From: an uncultured Planctomycetota bacterium
Lineage (GTDB): Bacteria > Planctomycetota > Planctomycetia > Isosphaerales > Isosphaeraceae
Assembly (NCBI GenBank): GCA_963737655.1
Contig: CAVTTN010000002.1
Span: 5,600,001-5,664,000, forward strand
Direction of reading: 5' to 3'
Length of the DNA stretch: 64,000 nt
Of the stretch, positions 43,952 to 55,409 are shown in pieces (position 1 is the stretch's first letter; each line of letters begins with the position of its first letter). The position numbers and the translations under genes were made by a program. The notes under the pieces were generated by a model, which was given only the letters and a program-made list of their open reading frames with translations, had not been told where the DNA came from and searched no databases.

Positions 43952-44728
43952 CTATCGTAAGTTTTCGCCCGTCGGTTCGGCAAGCTCTTCGGCCCGGGGC
44001 GCCGGCAGCGAGAGCGGCCAGAACTCCAGTCGGACTTCGCCCCGCCGGACCGACACGAACGGGCAGGGCGGGTGCTCGATCCAGGTCCCGCTGTTCAGAT
44101 AGGTGATGCCGTCCTTCTCCGCCACGAGGGGCAAGTGGGTGTGGCCGCAGGTGACGAACAGGCACTTCCTCGTCTTGGCGAACTCGATGGCCCTCATCTC
44201 CACGAGCTGGCTGTTCCTCTGCCACCGCTTGGTGACCCGGCGGACCCACCGCGAGGCCCGGTGCGGGGCGTACTTCTGGATGAAGTAGAAGATCCCGCAG
44301 GCGACCTCGGTCAGCCAGACGTAATGGGTGATGAACGTGTCGAATTGATCGCCGTGCAGGATCAGCAGCCGGACCTGGCCGTTGTCGAAGATGTACTCGT
44401 CGAACACGTCCACGCCGACGATGTGGGAGACGATGTCGGCCGGGCCGTCGTGGTTGCCCCGCATCCAGATCAGGCGGAAGTCCTCGCGGTCGGAGTTCCT
44501 CCGGATCGAGCGGAGGCAGGCGAAGTGGTTCTTCTTGAGCCTCTTGAAGTTGAGGTCGTCGAAGATGTCGCCGTTGATGATCAATTGCTTGGCGTGGAAC
44601 GGGGCCCACTCCAGGAATTCCTCGAGGAGGCGGGCCTGGCACATGTCGCTGCCGAGGTGGAGGTCGCTGATGACCAGGCAATCGTACCGGGGGTCGTCGG
44701 CCGGGCCGGCGGGCGGGGTCTGGTCCAT
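43952..44728 (-). CDS. Metallophosphoesterase (UDP-2,3-diacylglucosamine diphosphatase LpxH-like)
   Basis: SDLHLG, GDIFD, GNHD, HGD.FD, GHTH and NSG.W. Confidence 0.85.
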   Translation of the reverse strand: MDQTPPAGPADDPRYDCLVISDLHLGSDMCQARLLEEFLEWAPFHAKQLIINGDIFDDLNFKRLKKNHFACLRSIRRNSDREDFRLIWMRGNHDGPADIVSHIVGVDVFDEYIFDNGQVRLLILHGDQFDTFITHYVWLTEVACGIFYFIQKYAPHRASRWVRRVTKRWQRNSQLVEMRAIEFAKTRKCLFVTCGHTHLPLVAEKDGITYLNSGTWIEHPPCPFVSVRRGEVRLEFWPLSLPAPRAEELAEPTGENLR

Positions 44729-44782
44729 GGGCGGGGCGACCTCGGAGCGGTCCGGGGGCGGGGCCGGCGGTCCCGGCGGAGT

Positions 44783-47700
44783 TCACCACCCCGCGTAGTA
44801 TGCCATCCCGGGAGGGTCGCGGACAAACCCCGCCTCGGCCAGCCACGGCTCGGCCGGGCCCGCGAGGGGGGCGGCCGTGTTGTACGACTCGACCTTCAGG
44901 ACCCTCCGAGACGGCCCGGCCAGAGAGGGTAGCAGAGCCAGCGCCGATCGCAATTCCGATTCGCTGGCCGAGGCCAGTCCCGTCAGCTTTTTCCCGTAAT
45001 TTTCACAGATCAGGACCGGCCTGCCCCCCACCATCACCACGAAGTTCCCCGCCGATCGAGGCAGCCGGGCCGTCCCCCCTTCCAGCAACGGGACGTCGAA
45101 CGGGGCCCCCGAGCCGAACAGGTTCGCCGGGTCGAGCGCGTTGATCAGGAGAGGCGTCCGGTCCGAGCCGGCCGTCCCGGCGGACCGCGAGAGCTCCTCG
45201 GCCGTCTCGGGCAACGCATACTGGATTCCCGACAAACCCTCGACGAGATACCCCCGCCGGAGCTCGCCGCGGAGCTCCCCCCGGGCGAGCAAGGGCTGGA
45301 GGTCTCGCCACGGAGGGGCCCACGGATCGACGCCCACCGTCTCCCTCGACAGGACGCCGAACCGATCCAGGAGGGCCGACGCCCAGGCCAGGAGGGAGGC
45401 TTCCGGGTCGTCCGAGCCTCGCCCCGAGGCGGCCGACCATCGCCCCTCGGGCCGGATCGAGGCCGGTCGGCGGAACGAGCCCAGCCGGGGCCGGCCTCGC
45501 GAGGGCCCGCCCGGATCGGACGCCCTGGCCAGCGCCTCGGCCATCGCCTCGCCGCCCGGCCGGAGCGGATCCAGCCGATCGTTGGCCGCCAGCCCTCGGC
45601 CCAGGAGCGTCCGCAGGGCCTGGCGGACCCGAGACGGCTCCATCCCGAGCGCCCGGGCGATCTCGTCGGCGAACGCGGCCCCGCGGCCCCGGATGTGGGT
45701 CAACACGGCGGATTCCCCGTCCCCGATCGCCGCCTCGTCTTCGCTCTCGGGCCACTCGCCCGGGAAATCGCGAGGGACGATCGCCACGCGAGGCTCGCCC
45801 CGCGAGTCGTCGGAGGCCCGCCACCGCCACGAGCCCGAGGCCAGGGCCGAATCGAGCCACGAGGGGCGGAAATCGCCGATCCGTCGCGGGAGGATCTCGC
45901 GCTCCCAGAGGTCGACGGTCGCCGGATGCCCCTGAAGCTGCTCCAGGATCGCGCCGACGGCCGCCTCGCCCCGCATCCTCGCCTCGGGATGGACGTGCTG
46001 GCGGCGGAGGACGAACGCGGAGAAGACCTCGGGCGAGACCGCCACGCTCTCCTTGCGCTTCAGGGCGATCGAGATCCGGGCGACCTCGTCGAGGTTCCTC
46101 TTGTCGGCCCACCGGTCGCGGCCCGACTCATCCACGCCGAGATGGACGAGCCCGCCCTCCTCGGCGATCCGTTCCAGCAAGTCGGAGGCGGTCAGGGCGT
46201 CGATCGGATAGCGGGCGGTCAACTCGTCCAGGCCCACCAGGGCCCGGGTCCTCAAATAGCGCCGGACGATCCCTTGAAGGTCCGACCCGCTCCCCCGAAG
46301 GGGTCGAGCGAGTGTTCTGGTCCCCTCGCCCCCGCCCCGGGGGAGAGGGTTAGGGTGAGGGGGCCGCATGCCCGGTGAGCCCGAGGCGGAGGCCGACGCT
46401 TCCGACGAGGCCGCCCCCTCACCCTGCCCTCTCCCCTGCCCCGGGGGAGAGGGTGGGATCGACGGGATCCGACTTTCGAAGGCCGACGCATACAGGTCCG
46501 CCTCCTCGGCCCCGATCCACCGCTCCGGCTCGGCCGCCCCCTCCAGATTCACCATGACGGCCCGTCCCTGCTTGCGCAGCTCCTCCAGGAAGCCCAGCAT
46601 CGGACCGGCCAATTCCGCCGTCGTCAGGTCGCCGACGTTCCTCAGCCATTCGGCCATCTCGTCGAGAGTTCTCGGCGGGTGCCCCACCCCCCGCAATCGG
46701 CCTTCGACCCGCCCGATCGCCGTCGGGTCGAGCCAGAGCGTCCGCGATTGCGGGTCCAGCAGGGGGTCGAGGTCCGAATCCGCCACGATCGGGCCGGGCT
46801 TGCGGTCGCCGCGGACCGGCTCGTCCCACTCGTACAGGTATTTGAGCGTGAATTTGAACGTAAGCTCCGAGGTGAACGGCGAGGGGACCTCGCCCGAGCG
46901 GGTCGCCACGCGGATCGACCCGGCGTTCAGCTTGTCGAGGAATTCGCGGAGTTTCGGGGCGTCGAGGTCGTCGTCGAGGCATTCGCGATAGGTCTCGACG
47001 ACGATCGGGAAGTCCGGGAACTTGCGGACGGCTTGCAGGAGGTCCTTCGCCCGCAACCTCTGGAGCCACAACGGCGTGCGCTTGCCCGGGTCGGGTCGGG
47101 GCATCAGGAGGGCGCGGCCGGCGTTCTGGCGGAACCGGAGGCCGAAGAGTGCGGAATCGGCGAGCTCGTCGCGCAAGGTCGAGGCCGCCTCGTCGGCGGT
47201 CAGGCCGTCGAACAGGTCCAGCGGCGGGTCGTCCATGGCCGGGAGGCGGAACAGGACGCCGTCGTCGTCGTGGAGCGCCGCGACCTCGATCCCCAGCCTC
47301 GTTCGCAGCCTCGCGCCGATCACCAGCTTCAACGCGTGATGGAGCTTGTGGCCGAACGGCGAGAGCACCGCCAGCCCGAGCTCGCCGGCCGGGTCCTTGA
47401 AGGCTTCGACGAGGACCGTCCGATCGTCGGGGACCGATCCGGCCTGGCGAAGCTGCCTCGAAACGGCGCCGACGAGGGCGTCGGCCCCGTCCGGGTCGAG
47501 CCGGTAATGCTCGCGGAGCCACGGCTTGAGGCCGGGATCGTTCCTCCGTTCGACGACCTCGCGGCAGAGCTCGCCGACGGCCTGGCCCAGCTCGCCGGTC
47601 CGCCCGGCGGCCTCGCCCCTCCAGAACGGCATGAGCGCCGATCGGCCCTCGGCCGGGGCCACGATCACCTTGTGGGGCTCGATGGCCGTGATCCGCCACG

Positions 47701-49356
47701 TCGAGGTGCCCAGGACGAACGTTTCCCCGACCCGCCTCTCCAGGACGAACTCCTCGTCGATCTCGCCGAGCCTCGGGCCGTCCTCGCCGAGGAACAGCGG
47801 GTACTGGCCGGTGTCGGGGATCGTCCCTCCGCCGACCACGGCCAGTTGCCTCGACCCGGGCAGGGGGCGGAGCGTGTTGTGGACGCGGTCCCAGGAGATC
47901 CGGGGCTTGAGGTCTCGCAGGGCCTCCACGGCGAACCGGCCCGAGGCGAGCTGCAACACGCCGTCGAACGCCCCGGCCGTGAGGTCCCGATAGGGATACG
48001 CCTGCCGGACCAGGTCGAAGAGTTCCGGCGCCTTCCACGGCTCGACCGCCACGATCGCCACGACCTGCTGGGCGAGGACGTCCAGGCAGTTCCTCGGCAC
48101 CCGCAACGGCTCGACCTTCCCCTCCATCATCGAGCGGGCCAATGCGGCCGATTCGATCAGGTCGCCGGTCGTCTTGGCGAGCATCCGGCCCTTGCTCGTC
48201 CGGCCGACGACGTGCCCGGCCCGGCCGACCCGTTGCAGCCCCCGGGCCACGCCTCCCGGCGATTCGACCTGGCAGACCAGGTCGACGGCCCCCATGTCGA
48301 TCCCCAGCTCCAGGGACGCCGTGGCGACCACGGCCGGCAAACTCCCCTCCTTGAGCTGCTCCTCGGTCTGGCGGCGGCCCTCAAGGCTCAGGCTGCCGTG
48401 ATGGGTCCGGGCGATCGGCGGAGGCGGCTGGTCTCCGGGTTCGAGGATCGCCTCCGCCGCCGCGAGCTCGTTCAGGTGGGCCGTCAACCGCTCGACGACC
48501 CGGCGGTTGTTGGCGAAGATGATCGTCGATCGGTGGGAACGGATCAATTCGAGCAGCCTGGCCTCGATCGCCGGCCAGACCGAGCCTCCGGACGGGGGGC
48601 CGATCGACCGTCCGGGCCACGAGACCTCCAGATCGAGGTCCTTCCGCCGCCCGGCGTCCACGATCGTGACCGGCCGGGGCTCGAACCGATCGGGCCCGAC
48701 CCGCAATCGCCCTCCGAGGTAGCGGGCGACCTCTTCCAGGGGCCTCTGCGTGGCCGAAAGCCCCACGCGGACGAACCCCGGGGCGATCGCCTCCAGCCGT
48801 TCCAGGAGCAGCGCCAGGAACACGCCTCGCTTGTTCGGGGCCAGCGCGTGGATCTCGTCCACGATCACGTGGGAGACGGTCCGCAACGTCTCGCGGGCCG
48901 CGCTGGTGAGCATCAAATGGAGCGATTCGGGCGTGGTGATGAGGATGTCCGGCGGCCGTCGGACGAGCTTCTGCCGCTCATTGGCCGGGGTGTCGCCGGT
49001 GCGGACGGCCACCGTCAGCGGCCCGAGGGTGCGCCCATCGCCTCGGCGGTCGCGAGGATGCCCTCCAACGGATGCTGCAAGTTCCGGGAGACGTCCTGGT
49101 TGAGCGCCTTCAGGGGCGAGATGTAGAGGATGCGGGCCCCCTTGGCCGTCCGGGGGGTCCTCCAGAGGTGATCGAGGCAGGCGAGGAAGGCGGCGAGGGT
49201 CTTGCCCGATCCGGTGGGCGCGAAGATCAGGGTATGGCGCCCCGAGGCGATCGCCGGCCAGCCCTGCTCCTGGGGCGGGGTGGCGCGGCCGAACGCCTCA
49301 AGGAACCAGGCCGAGACCGGCGGCAAGAACCCTCCGAGCGGGTCATTCGGGGGCAC
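44783..49356 (-). CDS. lhr: Lhr-family ATP-dependent helicase (frameshift near 49020)
   Basis: APTGSGKTLAAF, YISPLKAL, TTPESL, VDEIH, LSAT, HHGSL, SLELGID, QRVGRAGH, and long C-terminal DP.N..G domain. Confidence 0.92.
46321..46453. repeat. Inverted pair of CCCCTCACCCT(A/G)..CTCTCCCC..GGGGAGAGGG palindromic repeats inside lhr
   Basis: 46321-46363 and 46414-46453; reading frame preserved (PPSPPGQGRGQGEG...PPHPNPLPRGGGEG). Confidence 0.8.
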
Positions 49357-49462
49357 GAGGGGCTCCGCTCTCGAAGGACGGGGCGATCGGCTCGCTTCGA
49401 TCCCCCATTGTCCCCGAGACGAGGCCGCGTGGCAACCGGGAAATGTGTACGGACGAACGGTA

Positions 49463-49803
49463 TCAGGGCGCGGGGAGAGCGGCCTGCGCCGGGGCGGTCG
49501 GCGCCCGGGCCCGCCCAACCGGAGCAGCCCGGCCGCCGCGGCCGCCCCGACGATCGCGGCGGCCAGGATCAGCAGCCGGGCCGTCTTCTTCTGCTGGTGG
49601 AGGGCCGCCGCCATGCGTCGGCATTCCTTCTTGGTGATCGAGAGCGACCGCTCCAGGGCGGCGAATCGCTCGGCGACCTCATCGATCGGGACCGCGGTCA
49701 GGTCGGGCGAGGGCTCGATGCCGCTCTCCCAGGGTCGGCGGCTGTCGGCCAGGCGGAATTGCTCGAAGCGATCGATGATCCGATTCTCGTCGGCGCGTCT
49801 CAT
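49463..49803 (-). CDS. Small hypothetical coiled-coil + TM protein (3' end uncertain)
   Basis: ATG at 49803; coiled coil then a hydrophobic helix; reads through into the lhr N-terminus in this assembly. Confidence 0.4.
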
Positions 49804-50002
49804 GGACCTTCCCCCTCGTCGGCGGCTCGCCCGCGAGACGCCTCCGGCCAAGCCTAGATCGCGTCCCGGATCGAGGGCGCCACCCTTGCCGAGTTTGCGG
49901 ATCTCGCGCCCCTTCCGACCTTGCGACCGCCGGGGCGACGGATAGAATGAGGGCCGCCCCGATCTTCTCTTCCTCCCGATCGCCCGCCCCCGAGGCCCTC
50001 GC

Positions 50003-51260
50003 GTGCGCCTGGCCTACTTTGATTGCTTCAGCGGCATCTCCGGCGATATGACCCTGGGCGCCCTGGTCGATGCCGGAGTGGACCCGAAGGCCCTGCAATC
50101 GGCGATCGACTCGCTCGGCCTGCCCTGCGAGGCTCGCCTTCGAGACCGTCCGCCGGGGCGGCTTTCGCGCCACCTATGCCCGGGTGATCGCCCAGCCCGA
50201 GCACGCCCACCGCCACCTCCACCACATCGAGGCGATGATCGACAAGGCCAGCGTCTCGCCCCGGCAGGCGGAGCTGGCCAAGCGGATCTTTCGCAAGATC
50301 GGCGAGGTCGAGGCCCTCGCCCACGGGATCGACATCAAGAAGGTCCACTTCCACGAGGTCGGCGCCGTCGATTCGATCGTGGACATCGTGGGGGCGGCCG
50401 TCGGCCTGGATCTGCTGGGCGTCGATCGCGTCGAGGCCAGCCCGGTCCCTCCGGGCCGGGGCTCGGTGAAGGCCGCCCACGGCCGGATGCCCCTGCCCGC
50501 CCCGGCCACGGCGTCCCTGCTGAAAGGGATCCCGCTCGCCGAATCGACGGGCGATTTCGAACAAACGACGCCCACCGGCGCCGCCATCCTCGCCACCGTG
50601 GCCGAGGCGTTCGGGCCGATCCCCCCGATGACGATCGAGAGCATCGGCCTGGGCGCCGGCACGAAAGACCCCGAAGGCGTGGCGAACATCCTCCGCCTGT
50701 TCGTCGGCACGGCCGCCACCCCGGCCGGCTCGGACCGCGTGACGGTCCTCGAAACGAACCTGGACGACCTGCCCGGCGAGGTCGTCGGCTTCACCACCAC
50801 GCAGTTGCTCGCCTCCGGGGCGCTGGACGCCTTCGTCACGCCGATCCTGATGAAGAAGAACCGCCCCGGGGTGACGATCTCCGTCCTCTGCGACGACGCG
50901 AAGGTGCCGGTCATGGAAGAGATCCTCTTCCGGGAGACCACGGCGCTGGGCATCCGCCGCTATCAGGTCAGCCGGCACAAGCTCAACCGCAAGCCGGCGG
51001 AAGTCCTCACGACGTTCGGCCCGGTCAAGGGGAAGCTCGGGTGGCTCGACGGCCGCCCCCCCCAGTTCAGCCCGGAGTACGACGACTGCGCCCGGGTGGC
51101 CCTGGAGCAGAACGTCCCCCTGAGAGAGGTCTACAAGGCGGCCCACGACGCGTATGCGAAGCAAGGCCCGAAGGACGAGCCCCCGCCGTCGCCGACGGCC
51201 GCCGACCCGGGGCACGACCACGGGCATGCTCATCCTCATCCTCACGACCACGAGCATTGA
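50003..51260 (+). CDS. larC: Nickel pincer cofactor biosynthesis protein LarC (frameshift near 50130)
   Basis: YFDCFSGISGDM.LGAL, HFHEVGA.DSI.DI, HG..P.PAPA, ETNLDD, MKK.RPG and PEYDDC; His-rich tail. Confidence 0.93.
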
Positions 51261-51399
51261 CGGAGCGTCGCCGCTCGGTTGGCCTGACCCGGTCCTCGTG
51301 GGCATGTCTTCGACTCGATCCGATTCGACCTCGCACCGAGAGCCAGGCCCACAGAGGACGTGGGCCTGCCACCCGAAGCCATCAGGAGGGCGATGAGCG

Positions 51400-51861
51400 A
51401 TGTCTCCTCTTCTCGAATGGGCGTTGTTCGCGCTGATGGCCGGGATGCTCTGCGTGGTCTCGGCGATCGCCGGGGGCCTGGCCTGGAGGCTCCGCCTCCT
51501 GAACCAGTCGCTCTCCCGGCCGCCGACGGTCGAGCCCGATCGCGAGGCGACCGATCGGCCCGGCCCCGAGCCTCCCGCCGTTCACCAGGCCCGGAAGCCG
51601 CCCCGAACGTTGAGGACCGAGAAGGCCGGCGAGCCCACCCCGCCCGGCCCGACCTTGATCGCCGTGCCCGACCTCGCCCCGCCGACCGCCCCCTCGGCGG
51701 AGGTCGTCGCCGAGATGGCCCGTCGCTTCGGGGGGATCTGGGACCTGGCCGACTCCGGCGCCTCCCCCCTGGCCATCGCCCGGGCCACCGGCCAGCCGAT
51801 CGGCCAGGTCGAACTGATCCTCGGCCTGAGGACGCCGCGAAGGACGCCGCACTCCCTATGA
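51400..51861 (+). CDS. Hypothetical membrane protein with C-terminal HTH-like (DUF2802-like) motif
   Basis: N-terminal TM segment; LADSG.S...IAR.TG...GQVELIL.L. Confidence 0.7.
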   Translation: MSPLLEWALFALMAGMLCVVSAIAGGLAWRLRLLNQSLSRPPTVEPDREATDRPGPEPPAVHQARKPPRTLRTEKAGEPTPPGPTLIAVPDLAPPTAPSAEVVAEMARRFGGIWDLADSGASPLAIARATGQPIGQVELILGLRTPRRTPHSL

Positions 51862-53060
51862 CGACGACCCATCGCCTGATCCTCGGTTTCCTCGCGTTCG
51901 TCGCCGCGGTCTGGGCCGTCCGCCACCTGGTCCTGACCGTCGTCACGCCCTGGTTCGACTTCCTGACCCGCCGATCCCCCTCGACCGACCCCGCCGACGC
52001 CCCGCTCGTGACCGCCTTCATCCCCGCCCGGGACGAGGAGGCCAACCTCGCCGATTGCCTCGCCCTGGTGGCCCGCCAGGACTATCCGAACCTCGAGATC
52101 CTCGTCGTCGACGACCGCAGCGCCGACAAAACCGCCGAGATCGCCCGCGAGTTCGCCGCGAAGGACGAGCGGTTCCGCCTGATCTCGATCCAGGACCTCC
52201 CGCCCGGCTGGACCGGCAAGACCCACGCGCTCCACGTCGCCTCGGACGAGGCCCGGGGCCAATGGTTCTGGTTCCTCGACGCCGACACCCGCCACGCCCC
52301 CGAGAGCCTCTCGGTGATGCTCCAGTACGCGAGGTCGCGCCGCGCCGCGCTCGCCAGCCTCGTCCCCGAGATGACGTGCCGGACGTTCTGGGAACGGGTC
52401 GTCCAGCCGCTGGCCGGCGTGGTCCTCATGCAGTCGTTCCCGCCGTTCTTCGTCAACGACGATCGACGCAAGCTGGCCTTCGCCAACGGCCAGTACATCC
52501 TGATCCGGAGGGACGCCTACGAGCGAAGCGGGGGTCACGAGGCGGTCCGCGATCGGTTCGTGGAAGACATCTACCTCGCGAAGAACGTCAAGGCGCTGGG
52601 CCTGCCGATCCGGGTGGCGATGAGCACGGACCTCGGCTCCACCCGGATGTACACGGGCCTCCCGCAGCTGATCCGAGGCTGGAGCCGCATCCTCTATGAT
52701 GCCTCGGGACGGCGGGTTTTCCCGCTCGTCGTGAAGATCGTCGATCCCCTGATCTTCAACGTCCCGGCCGACCTCGGCTTGATCGTCGCGCCGGCCTGGA
52801 TCGGCCTGGGAGGCGTCTCGGCGTTCTCGATGCAGCTCCTCGGGTGGGTCCTGCTGATCCAGGTCCTCAAGGCGACGACGCTCTATCGGATGTACCGCTG
52901 GTCGTCGCCGAAGGTGGCGGCGAGCTCGGCCCTGTGGTATCCACTGGGCTGCGCGGTGGCGATGGGGATCTGCGCCAAGTCCATCGGGATGTGCCTGACG
53001 GGCCGGGTCACGTGGCGAGGCACGGCCTACATCGCCCCGGCCTCCCGACCGACCGTCTAG
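51858..53060 (+). CDS. GT2 glycosyltransferase (HpnB/CrtQ-like)
   Basis: IPARDEE, VDD.S.D.T, LP.GWTGK, F.DAD, NGQ and EDI; C-terminal TM segments. Confidence 0.88.
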   Translation: MTTTHRLILGFLAFVAAVWAVRHLVLTVVTPWFDFLTRRSPSTDPADAPLVTAFIPARDEEANLADCLALVARQDYPNLEILVVDDRSADKTAEIAREFAAKDERFRLISIQDLPPGWTGKTHALHVASDEARGQWFWFLDADTRHAPESLSVMLQYARSRRAALASLVPEMTCRTFWERVVQPLAGVVLMQSFPPFFVNDDRRKLAFANGQYILIRRDAYERSGGHEAVRDRFVEDIYLAKNVKALGLPIRVAMSTDLGSTRMYTGLPQLIRGWSRILYDASGRRVFPLVVKIVDPLIFNVPADLGLIVAPAWIGLGGVSAFSMQLLGWVLLIQVLKATTLYRMYRWSSPKVAASSALWYPLGCAVAMGICAKSIGMCLTGRVTWRGTAYIAPASRPTV

Positions 53061-53187
53061 GGCCTCGCCGTCGCTCCGAGGATCGCGGTGTACCTTCGCC
53101 GCGATCGCCGCTACACTGAGGGCGAATCGGGTGCGGTTCTCGGCTTGAAGGCTCCGTGAGGGCGGCATTGGATCGGACGCGCCTTTG

Positions 53188-53246
53188 GTAGGGCAGGCCT
53201 CGGCCTGCCGTCCCCCCTCGGATCGGCAGGCCGAGGCCTGCCCTAC
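53188..53246. repeat. REP family A doublet upstream of xseA
   Basis: 53188-53209 (+) and 53225-53246 (-), matching the RAYT-flanking REP. Confidence 0.92.
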
Positions 53247-53306
53247 AGGTTTGGAGCCGAATGGCTCGCTCGAAAACCGCTCCCAAGGCGAAGGATCGCT
53301 CGCGAA

Positions 53307-54506
53307 ATGTCCAGCCTGCCCCTGTTCCAGACCCGCGACGACCTGGCCTCCGAGAAGGTTTGGACCGTCTCGGAGCTGACCGGCCGCGTCCGGGCGGTGT
53401 TCGAGGACGAATTCGCCTCGGTGGGCGTGATCGGCGAGGTCTCGAACCTCAGCCGGGCGCGGTCCGGGCACGTCTATTTCAGCCTGAAGGACGAATCGGC
53501 GCAGCTCCGGGCCGTGTTGTGGAAGGGCGCGGCGCAGAGGCTCGTCTTCGACCTCGAGAACGGGCTGGCCGTCCGGGCGTGGGGGGCCGTGGAGGTCTAC
53601 GCCCCCCGGGGCGAGTATCAACTGATCGTCCGCAAGATCGAGCCCGAGGGCATCGGCGCCCTGGAGCTCGCGTTCCGCCAGGTCGTCGCCCGGCTCTCGG
53701 CCGAGGGGCTGTTCGACCCCGGCCGCAAGAGGCCGTTGCCGACGTTCCCAAGAAGGATCGTGGTCGTGACCAGCCCGACCGGCGCGGCCGTCCGCGACTT
53801 CGTCCAGACCGCCGCGAGGCGGTGGCCGTCGGCCGAGATCCTGATCGCGCCGACCCGCGTCCAGGGCCCGGGATCGGCCGAGGAAGTCGCCGGGGCGATC
53901 GCGCTGGCCAACCGGATCCGCGACGTCGATTTCCTCGTCCTGGCCCGGGGCGGAGGCAGCCTCGAAGACCTCTGGACGTTCAATGAAGAGGTCGTGGCGC
54001 GGGCGATTTTTGATTCGAAGGTGCCGGTCGTCTCGGCGATCGGCCACGAGGTCGACGTGACGGTCGCGGACCTCGTGGCCGACTTCCGGGCGCTCACGCC
54101 CACCGACGCCGGCTCGCGATGCGTGCCCGACGCCGCCGAGGTCCTCGCCCTGCTCCTCTCCTACCGGGACCGCCTGGCCCGGGGGGTCGCCGAGCCGAGC
54201 CGCCGGGCCCGCCGGGACGTCCAATCGCTGGGCGACCGGTTGAAACGAGGGATGGCGCTGGGCCTCGACCGCCGCCGCCAGTCCCTGGCGAGGCGGGCCG
54301 CGCAGGTCGAGGCGCTCAGCCCCCTGAACGTCCTGGCCCGGGGCTACAGCCTGACCTTGAAGGAGGACGGCTCGACGGTCGTCCGCTCGGCCGACGAGGT
54401 CCAGGACGGCGATTTGATCCGCACCCGGCTGGCCTCGGGGACGATCACCAGCCGGGTCGAATCGGCGAACCCTCCGACCGCGAAGGACACCGCTCATGGC
54501 CCCTGA
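53307..54506 (+). CDS. xseA: Exodeoxyribonuclease VII large subunit
   Basis: GEVSN...SGH.YFSLKD, RGGGS.EDL..FNEE, SAIGHE.D...D.VAD.RA.TPT and LSP..VL.RGYS. Confidence 0.96.
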   Translation: MSSLPLFQTRDDLASEKVWTVSELTGRVRAVFEDEFASVGVIGEVSNLSRARSGHVYFSLKDESAQLRAVLWKGAAQRLVFDLENGLAVRAWGAVEVYAPRGEYQLIVRKIEPEGIGALELAFRQVVARLSAEGLFDPGRKRPLPTFPRRIVVVTSPTGAAVRDFVQTAARRWPSAEILIAPTRVQGPGSAEEVAGAIALANRIRDVDFLVLARGGGSLEDLWTFNEEVVARAIFDSKVPVVSAIGHEVDVTVADLVADFRALTPTDAGSRCVPDAAEVLALLLSYRDRLARGVAEPSRRARRDVQSLGDRLKRGMALGLDRRRQSLARRAAQVEALSPLNVLARGYSLTLKEDGSTVVRSADEVQDGDLIRTRLASGTITSRVESANPPTAKDTAHGP

Positions 54507-54819
54507 AATGGGCTTCGAAACCGGCCTCGACCGGCTCGATTCGGTCGTCACGGCCCTGGAGTCGGGCCACCTCGGGCTCGACGAGGCGCTCGCCCGCTAC
54601 GAGGAGGGCGTCCGGCTCCTGGCGAGGTGCCACGCCCTGCTCGACGACGCCGACCGCAAGGTCGCGCTGCTGACCGGCGTGACCGACGACGGCTCGCCCC
54701 TGGTCGAGCCGTTCGACGCCTCGGCCACGAGCGTCCAGGAGCCCTCCGCCCCCAGGAAGAAGAAGCCGGCGGCCCCGGCCGACGGGGACGGCGAGGGCCT
54801 GGACGACCTGCCGTTCTGA
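54496..54819 (+). CDS. xseB: Exodeoxyribonuclease VII small subunit
   Basis: FE..L..L..VV..LESG.L.LDEAL..YEEG..L...C; overlaps xseA. Confidence 0.93.
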   Translation: MAPEMGFETGLDRLDSVVTALESGHLGLDEALARYEEGVRLLARCHALLDDADRKVALLTGVTDDGSPLVEPFDASATSVQEPSAPRKKKPAAPADGDGEGLDDLPF

Positions 54820-54837
54820 TTTCTGGCGAGACCCGGA

Positions 54838-55298
54838 TCAATTCGGGGTCGAGGCGCGGCGAGGGGCTTGGCGGAGGTTGGCCAGGAACCGTTCCAGGGG
54901 CAAGGGCTTGACGCCCTGGAGCCGGGACTCGGCCTGCGCCGGGCGCGGATCAGGTCGTACTGAGCACTTCGGTCTGCCGAGAGACCGGGCCTGGGCCGGT
55001 CGTCGAAGAGCCAGGACGTCGTGGAGGGACCGATCCGGCCGGATTCGAGGCCCTCGGCGGTCAGTTCGTAGTCGATCTGGCCGCCGTTCTGGAGGATCAG
55101 GCGCCTGACCGCCACGAAATCGTCCCAGCCGTCGCGCTCGATGTCCAGAGGGCCGATCAGGGCAAACCGCTGGCCCAAGAGCGACGGCGGCGAGATGGTC
55201 GGCCGATGCGCCCACGACCACGCCAGCCACGAGGCAATCCCCACCAAACCCAGGACGACCCCGGCGAATTCCAGGGCCGTTCGGGTCGATTTCCGCAT
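54838..55298 (-). CDS. Hypothetical TM + BRCT-like protein (frameshift near 54940)
   Basis: TM segment; FAL.G.......L..LI..NGG.I; C-terminal GV..L.L.RFL. Confidence 0.45.
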
Positions 55299-55409
55299 CG
55301 GGAGCCTCCGCGATCTTCGCAACCCGTGGACTGGCTCGTTCCGGCGCGGATGCCGGACGGGGCCTCGTCGGTTCTCCTGGCCCGATCACCCGAGGAGCCG
55401 TTCGGCGGC

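Noticed and set aside
49015..49851. Apparent fusion of a TM protein to the Lhr N-terminus
   Set aside because: Best explained by indel errors; Lhr homology begins near 49356.
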